A DNA stretch of 52,367 bases from Verrucomicrobiota bacterium (GTDB lineage: Bacteria; Verrucomicrobiota; Verrucomicrobiia; Limisphaerales; SXQI01). Position 1 is the first letter of the stretch. The number at the start of each line of letters is the position of its first letter. The position numbers and the translations under genes were made by a program. Shown here piece after piece: positions 30,396-39,372 of the stretch. The stretch spans positions 1 to 52,367 of the forward strand of contig JANRLX010000016.1 of assembly GCA_033762115.1 (NCBI GenBank). Direction: 5' to 3'. The notes beneath the pieces were generated by a model. The model saw only the letters and a list, made by a program, of their open reading frames with translations, ran no database searches and had not been told where the DNA came from.

Positions 30396-31838
30396 ATGAA
30401 ATTTAATTGGGTTTATTTGCTTGTTGGAGCGATCTTTTCTCATTTGATAGTATCAGCGCAAACTGTTGATGTAGAAGCTTTAAAGCGTGAATTGTCGGAC
30501 CTGCGCAAGCGGACCGAAGACCTTGAACAAAAACTGAATGCTTTACAGTCCCAGGCTCCCCAATCAACGAACGTAACTGCTTCTTCATCAACGGCCAGTT
30601 CTATTTTGCCCAGTGGTGCGCAGAAGCCCTGGTCTCCTACCGATCCGATCCGGTTGGGATCTCGTGGAAATAGTTATCTGGATGTCGCGGTTGATGCTTT
30701 GGTTGCGGCAGGAACTTCGACAGCGGAAGATGTTGAGACACTTAATCCAGGAGGTCACGACCCAAACCAGCGTGGATTCACTTTGCAAAGCCTTGAAACG
30801 ACATTCACCGGGATTGTTGATCCTTATCTCAGGGGACAGGCAAATATCCTCTTTTTTATCGATTCTGAAGGGGAATCGAACGTGGAACTGGAGGAAGCCT
30901 ATCTTGAAACCTTATCGCTTCCCGCAAACCTCCAGCTTCGGGCTGGTCAATTTCTTACTGAATTCGGAAGGCATAATCCCACCCATCCTCATGCATGGCA
31001 GTTCGTCGATGCACCCCTGGTAAACTCCCGCTTTTTTGGTGCTGATGGATTGCGAAACCCAGGTGCGCGACTCTCCTGGCTTGTGCCCACTCCATTTTAT
31101 TCCATGCTCTCCCTCGCCGTGCAGAACAGCCAGGGCGAGACAGCCCAAAGCTTCAGAAACAGCCATGAAGATGAGCCTTACCTGGGCCGTTTGCATTCTG
31201 TGGAACGAGTCAAGAGCCTCAACGACCTTCTCTTCACTCCCAGGTTTGAAATTTCCTTTGAGCCGACTGTTACCCAGGTGTTGTTGCTTGGGAGTTCGGC
31301 TTCCTTCGGACCGAATGCTTCAGGTGCGCACAGCGATACTGAAATCTATGGGGTCGATCTTTTCTGGAAATGGAAACCGACTAAGCATACGAAAGGTTTT
31401 CCCTTCGTGAGCTGGCAGACCGAAGCAATGCTGCGGCAATATGACGCGGCGGAATTTACCGAGGACATCGACGGTGACGGCGTTCCGGACAACGATCTCA
31501 ACGGGGATACCGTTGCCGATTTTATCCCGGCAGAACAGCTGACGGACTATGGCTTCTATTCGCAGGTGGCTTATGGATTCACTCCGGGATGGGTTGCAGC
31601 CGTGCGGGGAGATTGGGTCGCGCCCAAGGATGACGGGGCTTACGAGTTAATTTATGGGCCCGACGCAGAGCGCGTCGAGCGGTGGCGTTTGTCACCAAAT
31701 ATCACCTGGTACCCCAGCGAATTTTCCAAAATCCGGTTACAGTATAATTTGGATGATCGAAAGGGTCTTGGGATGGATCATTCGATCTGGCTGCAGTTTG
31801 AATTCCTGCTCGGAGCACATGGAGCGCACCGTTTCTAA
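30396..31838 (+). CDS. Outer-membrane beta-barrel protein associated with metal ABC uptake (porin-like, often annotated as zinc-regulated receptor)
   Basis: Signal peptide from ATG 30396, a coiled coil, FGRHNPTHPH, SEFSKIRLQY and C-terminal GAHGAHRF. First gene of the ABC operon. Confidence 0.8.
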   Translation: MKFNWVYLLVGAIFSHLIVSAQTVDVEALKRELSDLRKRTEDLEQKLNALQSQAPQSTNVTASSSTASSILPSGAQKPWSPTDPIRLGSRGNSYLDVAVDALVAAGTSTAEDVETLNPGGHDPNQRGFTLQSLETTFTGIVDPYLRGQANILFFIDSEGESNVELEEAYLETLSLPANLQLRAGQFLTEFGRHNPTHPHAWQFVDAPLVNSRFFGADGLRNPGARLSWLVPTPFYSMLSLAVQNSQGETAQSFRNSHEDEPYLGRLHSVERVKSLNDLLFTPRFEISFEPTVTQVLLLGSSASFGPNASGAHSDTEIYGVDLFWKWKPTKHTKGFPFVSWQTEAMLRQYDAAEFTEDIDGDGVPDNDLNGDTVADFIPAEQLTDYGFYSQVAYGFTPGWVAAVRGDWVAPKDDGAYELIYGPDAERVERWRLSPNITWYPSEFSKIRLQYNLDDRKGLGMDHSIWLQFEFLLGAHGAHRF

Positions 31839-31841
31839 AGC

Positions 31842-32747
31842 ATGAAAACCCGTTTCACCTTGGTTGCAGGGTTGCTTGCCCTGCTCACCGCCAGCTTGCA
31901 TGCCAGGCTTCAGGTCGTGGCCACATTGCCGGAACTGGCCGCCATCGCCCAGGCGGTCGGCGGGGATGAAGCAACCGTTGTCTCCCTCGCCCAGGGAACT
32001 GAAGATCCCCATTACATTGATCCTCGTCCCAGCTTTAATCGCGTTCTCAATAAGGCGGATGTACTGATTGAAGGAGGAGCTGAATTGGAATCCGGCTGGC
32101 TTCCTCCTTTGGTCCAGAACGCGAGAAACCCTAAAATTATCGGTGATTCTCCAGGGCACATCATCGCATCCAGGGGAATTTCGTTGCTTGAAAAGGCAAC
32201 AGGGCCTGTGGATCGCTCTCAAGGGGATGTGCATCCCGGCGGCAATCCTCATTACCTTATGGATTCACGGAATGCTTCCATTGTCGCGGGAACCATTGCC
32301 GACGCCTTTACATCAATTGATCCAGGCCATGCCCCGGCTTATCAGAAAAACCTGCTCGCTTTTCGTGGGCAACTGAATGAGAAGCAACGCGCCTGGGAAC
32401 AAGCTTTGCTAAAAGCCAGGGGAACCAAAGTCATCACTTATCACAAATCGTATGACTATTTCCTTAGCCAGTATGGCATGCAGCTGGTTGGGACGATTGA
32501 ACCAAAGCCGGGAATTGAGCCTTCTCCACGCCACATTACCGACCTGATCACCGGGCAGAAAAACGGTGATGTCAAACTGATCCTGATCGAGCCCAATCGT
32601 TCGACTCGCACCCCTTCACGCATCGCCGAATCCATTGGCGCATCAGTGCTGGTGGTTCCTGTCATGCCATTAAAAATCGGCTCTTCATCCGCTTATTTTG
32701 ACTGGATCGATGGAGTGGTTTCACAAATTGCAAAGGCATTGAACTGA
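31842..32747 (+). CDS. Zn/Mn ABC transporter substrate-binding protein (ZnuA/TroA-like)
   Basis: EDPHY, GDVHPGGNPHY, TYH and EPKPGIEPS. Confidence 0.9.
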   Translation: MKTRFTLVAGLLALLTASLHARLQVVATLPELAAIAQAVGGDEATVVSLAQGTEDPHYIDPRPSFNRVLNKADVLIEGGAELESGWLPPLVQNARNPKIIGDSPGHIIASRGISLLEKATGPVDRSQGDVHPGGNPHYLMDSRNASIVAGTIADAFTSIDPGHAPAYQKNLLAFRGQLNEKQRAWEQALLKARGTKVITYHKSYDYFLSQYGMQLVGTIEPKPGIEPSPRHITDLITGQKNGDVKLILIEPNRSTRTPSRIAESIGASVLVVPVMPLKIGSSSAYFDWIDGVVSQIAKALN

Positions 32748-32748
32748 A

Positions 32749-33465
32749 GTGCCCGCCAACGAACAACCGTTAATCCATGTCAGGGATCTCAGTGTGGGAT
32801 ATGGCCGGAACCCGGTGCTTGCCAACCTCAGTTTCGACCTTGGGCTCCATTCATTTCATGCAATTCTTGGTGCAAACGGCAGCGGGAAAACAACCTTGCT
32901 GAAAACCATTGCCGGCATCCTTAAACCAATGGCAGGAGAGATTCGCTTTACTGTCCAGACGCCCGGGATCGGCTATGTCCCGCAACGCGATTCACTCGAC
33001 CCGCTCTTTCTTTTTACCGGACGGGAAGTTGCGCAAATGGGTGCCTATGGTCGGGCCACGCCAGGACGATTTCTCGCGAAAAGTGACACTGAAAAACTGG
33101 AACAGCTTCTCAAGACGCTTGAAGCAACAGAGTTCGCGCACCACCCTTTCACTGAGCTATCGGGCGGCCAAAAACAGCGGATTCTGATCGCCAGGGCCTT
33201 GTTGACCAATCCTTCCCTGTTGCTTTTGGATGAACCCACCGCAGGCCTGGACCCTTCGGCGGCGAACTCACTGTTCGCGCTTCTCTCGGAATTGCACCGC
33301 AACAGGCAGGCCACAATCCTGATGGTCACCCATGATCTCGATCTCACCCGCCAGTATGTCCCCCAGGCGCTCTGGGTTCACCGGGGTAAACTTCTTAATG
33401 GCAAAGTCACAGAACTGGCATCTCCAGAGCGTGTCGGTGAACTGTTCGGGATAGCGCTTCAGTGA
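32749..33465 (+). CDS. Metal ABC transporter ATP-binding protein (ZnuC-like)
   Basis: GANGSGKT, GYVPQ, LSGGQ, LLLDEPT and VTHD. Confidence 0.9.
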   Translation: MPANEQPLIHVRDLSVGYGRNPVLANLSFDLGLHSFHAILGANGSGKTTLLKTIAGILKPMAGEIRFTVQTPGIGYVPQRDSLDPLFLFTGREVAQMGAYGRATPGRFLAKSDTEKLEQLLKTLEATEFAHHPFTELSGGQKQRILIARALLTNPSLLLLDEPTAGLDPSAANSLFALLSELHRNRQATILMVTHDLDLTRQYVPQALWVHRGKLLNGKVTELASPERVGELFGIALQ

Positions 33466-34316
33466 ACACGCTGCAGGAAATTTTGTCCCCGGATTTTTTG
33501 TTGCGCAACTCCGTTTACGTTAGCGTGCTGGTTGGCCTGATTTCTCCCATTCTGGGAATATTCCTTGTGTTACGGCGGCTCATTTTTCTCGGTATTGCAT
33601 TGCCGCAGGTATCATCCACTGGAATCGCGTTTGCCCTGGCGCTTCATATCCTGGCCGGACACGACTCACCCATTCACGATGCCAGCGAACAAACGATGGC
33701 GTTTGTGGGTTCCTTAAGTTTCACACTCGTGGCAGTCATTGTGCTCGCGGTTATGGAACGTCGCGGTCGCGGCCTGGTTGAGGGACGTTTAGGGACGCTA
33801 TACGTCGTTGCGACAGCACTCAGTGTCTTGATGCTGGCAAAATGTCCCCAGGCTGAACGTGGCTGGCTGAACCTTTTGAAAGGGGAACTGGTAGCTCTTT
33901 CCTTGCGTGACCTTGTGACCACCTCAATCGCTTTTGTGATTGTCTGTTCCGTGCTTTTCCTTTTCGGGCGCATTTTGCTGCTGGTTTCCTATGATCGGGA
34001 AATGGCGATCACACTTGGCAAACGCCCTTTGGTCTGGGACCTTGTCCTGTACCTTCTCCTGGGGACCACAATCTCTGTTTCCGTGCTTTCCGTAGGTCCA
34101 ATGATTGCTTTTGGGTTCCTGATCATTCCACCACTCACGGCCCACAGAATCGCTTCCAGCATGAAACAATTATTCCTGCTGTCATCACTGATCGGCGGAC
34201 TTTCCGCGATTGTCGGATTCTGGATCGCTTATCACTTTGATTTGCCGGTTGGCCCCACGGATATCTCGTTCCTTGCCGCCATCTATCTGGTGACAGTCAT
34301 TTTCACGCGGCGATAA
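33462..34316 (+). CDS. Metal ABC transporter permease (ZnuB-like, ABC-3)
   Basis: Multi-TM protein with LGIFLVLRR and DLPVGP. Overlaps the ATPase stop codon. Confidence 0.88.
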   Translation: MNTLQEILSPDFLLRNSVYVSVLVGLISPILGIFLVLRRLIFLGIALPQVSSTGIAFALALHILAGHDSPIHDASEQTMAFVGSLSFTLVAVIVLAVMERRGRGLVEGRLGTLYVVATALSVLMLAKCPQAERGWLNLLKGELVALSLRDLVTTSIAFVIVCSVLFLFGRILLLVSYDREMAITLGKRPLVWDLVLYLLLGTTISVSVLSVGPMIAFGFLIIPPLTAHRIASSMKQLFLLSSLIGGLSAIVGFWIAYHFDLPVGPTDISFLAAIYLVTVIFTRR

Positions 34317-34322
34317 CAGGTC

Positions 34323-36599
34323 CTAACTCTTGACAGTCGGCTTCACGAACCAGCGCAATCGCAACGCATTTCCCACCAGCAACAGATCAGAGAGGCCCAT
34401 CGCCACCGCGCCCATGATCGGGCTGAACAGGCCAAACATCGCCAGCGGCACACCGGTGGCATTGTAAAAGAACGCCCAGAAAAGGTTTTGCTTGATCACC
34501 CGCAAAGTCCCCTGTGCCAGGGCGAGCGCATCCGGGACTCCCTCGATGTCCGCGCGGAGCAGGATAATATCAGACGCGTTTCGTGCCGCATCGCTCGCAT
34601 TGCTCATGGCAATTCCAAGATCAGCCTGAGTCAATGCAGGTGCGTCATTGATGCCATCTCCCACAAATGCCACCCGCTCCCCCTTTTTTTGTAATGCCCT
34701 GATCACCTCCACCTTTTTCTCCGGTCGAGTTTCAGCAAAAACATTTTCCTTTGGAATGCCTGCCGCCTGCGCAACCGCTTCCGCCGTCGCAACACTATCA
34801 CCAGTGACCAAATAAACTGTTTTTCCTGAATTCAGCAGCTGTTGAACGACTTCCCGGCTATGTGCCTTGATCTGGTCCTTCAAGGCAATCAGCCCCACCA
34901 GCTCTTCATTCAAACTCAAGCCAAGGATCGTTGCAGCTTCCGCCGACCATTTCGCAATAAAAGCTTCACTCCCTTCCGTTTTGATGTTTAAGGAACGCAG
35001 CCATGCAAGCGAACCCAGTCGTGCGAACGATTTTGTCCCACCTAAAAGCGCCTCTCCCATCAATCCTGAGCCTCGAATCTCCTGCACATTTTCCATCGGC
35101 ATCAGCGGCGGTGTTTGCGCCACTGCCACTGCTCGACTCAATGGATGCGTCGATGCAGCTGCCAGAGAGGCTGCAAGATGGCGCACCTGGCCGGTTGTCA
35201 GCCCGCCGCCGACACGCTCAGCGGAAACCAGCGTAATCTTTCCCATTGTCAGGGTTCCCGTTTTATCAAAAAGCACCGCGGAAATATGACCGCTTTTTTC
35301 CAACGCAATTCCATCCCGAATCAGGATTCCCACCTTCGCCGCCGCGTTGGTCCCCGCCATGATTGCAATCGGAGTTGCAATTCCCATCGCACATGGACAG
35401 GCAATGATCAGCACAGCTGCAAAATGGTAGATGGCAGCGGCCAGCGGAGAGGATGGTGTATGCGCGTTCCAGAAAATCGTGCCCAGCCATTGGGAAAAAG
35501 CATTCGCGCTTTCAAACGCAAAGCCCCACCACAAAGCGCTTGCCAATGCGAGCAGCACCACGATGGGCACAAACACATTACTGATTTTGTCCCCGAGGCG
35601 CTGGATATTGGCTCTGCTGGACTGGGCCCGTTGCACCACCTGAATGATTTGCGAAAGCGCTGTCTGTTCCCCTACCCCGGTGACGCGCATGGTCAATTGC
35701 CGGTCCTGGTTGATTGTTCCCGCATACAATTTCCCGCCTCGCTCTTTTTCAACCGGCAATGATTCACCAGTCAGCATGGATTCATCCACTGAGCCACTCC
35801 CTTCATGGACTATCCCATCTGTCGGAATCTGGTTTCCCGGCCGCAGGCGAACCAGGTCTTCGGGCGAAAGTTGCGCCACCGCCACTTCCTCCTCCTTGCC
35901 ATCGGCATTCAGCCGAATCGCTCTCTCCGGTGCGAGGCGCAGGAGCGCTTTCAATGCAGCTGCCGCCTGCGCGCTTGCCTTGGCTTCCAGCCAGTGACCG
36001 ATACTCAGTAACGTGATGATCGCCGCCGAATCCATGAAATAAAGATGTGAATGCCAGCCAGCAAATAATCCCCACACACTGAATCCATAAGCCGCTGTGG
36101 AACCCAATGAAACCAGCGTGTCCATCCCCGCCTGCTTGTTTGACAACTGCCGGTAAGCGCCGTGATAAAAACGCAACCCGCCAATCAACTGGATCGGCGT
36201 GGCAAGTCCGAACGAGAGCCATTGATACCAGCGCTCCATGCCGACACCCAGAACCCACTCCATGAACATCAGCGGAATGGTTACTGCACTGCCGATCACG
36301 ACATTGAAACGCCATCCCTGGAGAGGGGACCACTCATCCCAGAGACTTCCCTTCGCAGATGCGGGCAATTTCCCTTCGTAACCCGCCTGATTCAGCGCCT
36401 TGAAAAGCAACTCCTCACTTGCCACCTCCCTGCTTTGCCATTGCACCCGAGCTTTCCCCTCTTCAACCGAAACAGAAGCGCTGGTCACGCCGGGCACCTG
36501 TCGTAACGCTTCAGTCACATGCCTCGCACAGTTACTGCAAGTCATCCCGGAAACCAATAGTTCAACTTCAACAGCCCGATTTCCTGCCACTGTTCCCAT
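34323..36599 (-). CDS. copA: Heavy-metal translocating P1B-type ATPase, probably Cu(I)
   Basis: HMA domain GMTCSNC, TGES, CPC, DKTGT, HP, GDGINDAP, and YN plus MxxS in the C-terminal helices (P1B-1 signature). Start set at ATG 36599. Confidence 0.9.
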   Translation of the reverse strand: MGTVAGNRAVEVELLVSGMTCSNCARHVTEALRQVPGVTSASVSVEEGKARVQWQSREVASEELLFKALNQAGYEGKLPASAKGSLWDEWSPLQGWRFNVVIGSAVTIPLMFMEWVLGVGMERWYQWLSFGLATPIQLIGGLRFYHGAYRQLSNKQAGMDTLVSLGSTAAYGFSVWGLFAGWHSHLYFMDSAAIITLLSIGHWLEAKASAQAAAALKALLRLAPERAIRLNADGKEEEVAVAQLSPEDLVRLRPGNQIPTDGIVHEGSGSVDESMLTGESLPVEKERGGKLYAGTINQDRQLTMRVTGVGEQTALSQIIQVVQRAQSSRANIQRLGDKISNVFVPIVVLLALASALWWGFAFESANAFSQWLGTIFWNAHTPSSPLAAAIYHFAAVLIIACPCAMGIATPIAIMAGTNAAAKVGILIRDGIALEKSGHISAVLFDKTGTLTMGKITLVSAERVGGGLTTGQVRHLAASLAAASTHPLSRAVAVAQTPPLMPMENVQEIRGSGLMGEALLGGTKSFARLGSLAWLRSLNIKTEGSEAFIAKWSAEAATILGLSLNEELVGLIALKDQIKAHSREVVQQLLNSGKTVYLVTGDSVATAEAVAQAAGIPKENVFAETRPEKKVEVIRALQKKGERVAFVGDGINDAPALTQADLGIAMSNASDAARNASDIILLRADIEGVPDALALAQGTLRVIKQNLFWAFFYNATGVPLAMFGLFSPIMGAVAMGLSDLLLVGNALRLRWFVKPTVKS

Positions 36600-36632
36600 G
36601 CTTTTATATGATCCTCTGCCAGTTTTAATGCA

Positions 36633-36650
36633 ATCCCCCCTTTGGGGGAT
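36633..36650. promoter_or_regulatory. Candidate CsoR/RcnR-type operator upstream of copA
   Basis: Palindrome ATCCCCC-CTTT-GGGGGAT, 34 nt upstream of the copA ATG. Confidence 0.5.
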
Positions 36651-36826
36651 CGAAGGAAAATATTTCTGCATTGTATTGAATAGAGGCAAGCCCTGCCTCG
36701 TCGAGTGTCCTTCTTGCGCCATCAACGGCAAATTTTGACCAGCCGCTTGTCCTGATTTACTCCAGGCTGTCCTGCTATCGGACAATCTACAATTTTTGCC
36801 TTGGTAATTTCTTCCATCGCTTCGAT

Positions 36827-36844
36827 TCGGCATGGCCGTTGCTT
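36827..36844 (+). promoter_or_regulatory. sigma54 (-24/-12) promoter of the GH9 gene
   Basis: TCGGCATGGCCGTTGCTT, with GG (36829-30), N10 and GC (36841-42). Confidence 0.6.
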
Positions 36845-36945
36845 AGAGCCACCCCGTGATTCCAAAACCATTCACGAAGTTGGTCCGGGTCCATGACCGG
36901 AAATCACTGGAGCTCGCTCCAAGCCGTTTTGAAACCAAAAAAATT

Positions 36946-39372
36946 TTGAAGTCGGTTCAACAAAAATTTTCTGCTCTTGCTGTCGCGACACTTGCGTTCA
37001 TTGCCACATCTGTGGCTCCCATCGCCGCCGATGCCGTCATCGATGACTCGCAAAGTCTCGCAATGCCGGAAGTCGGCTCCTACAGCCTGCGCGTATTGAC
37101 GCCCACAATGCTGGAACTGACCCTGATCAATACAAAAAGCGCCGACCAGCCTCCCGCTGAATGGAATTTCGTCGGTGCTGGCTTCACACTTTCATTACCC
37201 GCCATCCAGGAATTCACCGTCACAGCCGGCAATCAACCCGTCCAGGTCAAGTCAGTTGGTTTCAAACGCCGCCCTCTTTATGCCCCTTTGAAAGTACGTG
37301 ACCTTCGGATGGCCAACCACCTCTATCTCGAACTCAACTCTCCATTGCCGGAGAACACGACAGTGCAAGTGCTGAATCCAAACTCCCGGCTTTGGACCAC
37401 CAGCAGGCAATTTGTCACCACCAACAGCCCTCTTCGCTGGAGTCCGGCCATCCATGCCAACCACGTTGGTTATGCCCCAAACCATCCCAAGAAAGCCATG
37501 ATCGGTTATTACCTTGGCAGCGGGGGCGAACTGACGATCCCGGCTGCCAATGGATTCAAGCTGGTTCGCGTTACTGATGCCGCTGTCGTTCACACCGGTA
37601 CCCTGACCTTGCGCAGGGACGTTGGCTTTAGTTACAGCCCCCTTCCTTACCAACAGGTGTATGAAGCGGATTTTTCTGCTTTCACCACCCCGGGAGAATA
37701 CCAGCTTATGGTTCCCGGAATGGGCGCGTCTTTCCCATTTCGAATTGATTCCGGAACCCCGGCACTGTTTGCCCGCGCTTTCGCTCTCGGTTTATACCAT
37801 CAACGCTGCGGCGGCTCAAATGAAGAACCATTCACGCGACATGAACATGCCCTTTGCCATGCCGCGCCTGCCGAGGTCCCCACCTCAGCTTTTGCCAAAG
37901 TTCAGGAATTCCTGGCCACCGTCACTGCTGATTGGCAAAACGAACCTCGGCATACTGCACCTCGCCTGAACACCGTTGACGCGAGTCTCTATCCTTTCGT
38001 TACGCAGGGAAAAGTAAATGTTGCGCTCGGCCATCATGATGCTGGCGATTACAGCAAATACACCATCAACAGCGCCGGGTTGATTCATCACCTCGTTTTC
38101 GCAGCAGATGCTTTCACCGGTGTGGGTGAACTCGACAACATGGGTCTTCCCGAAAGTGGCGATGGTAAAAGTGACATTCTCCAGGAAGCAAAGTGGGAGG
38201 CCGACTTCCTCGCCCGCATGCAGGATGCGGACGGCGGTTTCTATTTCCTCGTTTATCCGAAGGAACGGCGTTACGAGGACAATGTGCTACCAGAGTTCGG
38301 TGATCCCCAAGTCGTCTGGCCAAAGACCACCGCGGTCACTGCCGCTGCCGTTGCCGCTCTTGCAGAGATCGGCTCCTCGCCCCGCTTCAAGGCGCAATTT
38401 CCTGTTGAAGCCGCTCTTTACCTGCAAAAAGCCCAGCTCGGCTGGACCTTTTTGATGAACGCGATTGCGCGGTACGGAAAAGATGGCGCTTATCAGAAAA
38501 TCACCCATTACGGACATGAATTCATGCATGACGATGAGCTGGCCTGGGCCGCCTCGGCCCTTTTCGTTGCCACCGGAAACCCTCTTTATCACCAGAAACT
38601 CAAGGAATTTTTCCCTGATCCCAATGCTGAATCCACACGTCGCTGGAGCTGGTGGCGTCTCTTTGAAGGATATGGATGCGCCGTCCGCACCTATGCCTTT
38701 GCCGCCCGCAGCGGACGTTTGCAATCGTCACAACTGGACGCTGCCTATCTCGCCAAATGCGAAAATGAAATCAAGCTCGCAGCCGACGATCATGTCCGCT
38801 TTTCCCGTGACAGTTCCTACGGCACAAGCTTCCCGGACACAAATAAACAGTATCGCAGCGCTGGATGGTATTTCTCCAGTGAGCGCGCCTTCGATGTCAC
38901 GGTTGCATATCAACTGACCCCCCGCACCGATTACCTCGAAACGGTGGTGGCCAACTTCAACTATGAAGCGGGCTGTAACCCCGTGAACATGACATTCATC
39001 ACCGGCCTCGGTTGGAAACGGCAGCGCGATATTGTCCATCATGTCGCCCAGAACGATCATCAGACTTTGCCACCCGCGGGCCTTCCCTTGGGAAACATCC
39101 AGGCCGGGTTCAGTTTTCTCTACCCGTACCAAAGCGAGCTCGGCGGCCTGGCTTATCCCCCTGACGGAGCAACCTCAGCGCCGTATCCCTATTACGATCG
39201 CTGGGGTGACAGCTTCAATACGACTACCGAATTCGTTGTCATGGATCAGGCCCGAAGCCTTGCCAGTCAACTCTTTTGCAACCCTCAGCATGACAGCGCC
39301 CGGAATCGATCTCTCCACCGCCCGTATTACCTGGGAAGTGCGTTATCTCAATCCCACTATCGGTTTGAGTAA
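36946..39372 (+). CDS. Secreted glycoside hydrolase family 9 protein, N-terminal part (frameshifted near 39267)
   Basis: Signal peptide from TTG 36946, Ig-like CelD_N segment (HANHVGY..PKKA), YHQRCG, HDAGDYSKY, MQDADGG, DELAWAA and catalytic-acid region TTEFV. The last ~34 aa look out of frame. Confidence 0.8.
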   Translation: MKSVQQKFSALAVATLAFIATSVAPIAADAVIDDSQSLAMPEVGSYSLRVLTPTMLELTLINTKSADQPPAEWNFVGAGFTLSLPAIQEFTVTAGNQPVQVKSVGFKRRPLYAPLKVRDLRMANHLYLELNSPLPENTTVQVLNPNSRLWTTSRQFVTTNSPLRWSPAIHANHVGYAPNHPKKAMIGYYLGSGGELTIPAANGFKLVRVTDAAVVHTGTLTLRRDVGFSYSPLPYQQVYEADFSAFTTPGEYQLMVPGMGASFPFRIDSGTPALFARAFALGLYHQRCGGSNEEPFTRHEHALCHAAPAEVPTSAFAKVQEFLATVTADWQNEPRHTAPRLNTVDASLYPFVTQGKVNVALGHHDAGDYSKYTINSAGLIHHLVFAADAFTGVGELDNMGLPESGDGKSDILQEAKWEADFLARMQDADGGFYFLVYPKERRYEDNVLPEFGDPQVVWPKTTAVTAAAVAALAEIGSSPRFKAQFPVEAALYLQKAQLGWTFLMNAIARYGKDGAYQKITHYGHEFMHDDELAWAASALFVATGNPLYHQKLKEFFPDPNAESTRRWSWWRLFEGYGCAVRTYAFAARSGRLQSSQLDAAYLAKCENEIKLAADDHVRFSRDSSYGTSFPDTNKQYRSAGWYFSSERAFDVTVAYQLTPRTDYLETVVANFNYEAGCNPVNMTFITGLGWKRQRDIVHHVAQNDHQTLPPAGLPLGNIQAGFSFLYPYQSELGGLAYPPDGATSAPYPYYDRWGDSFNTTTEFVVMDQARSLASQLFCNPQHDSARNRSLHRPYYLGSALSQSHYRFE

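Noticed and set aside
36600..36945. N-terminal ORF-track extensions of copA (to 36833) and GH9 (from 36856)
   Set aside because: The extensions have no domain character, would overlap or abut the operator and sigma54 elements, and would displace the GH9 signal peptide from the N-terminus.
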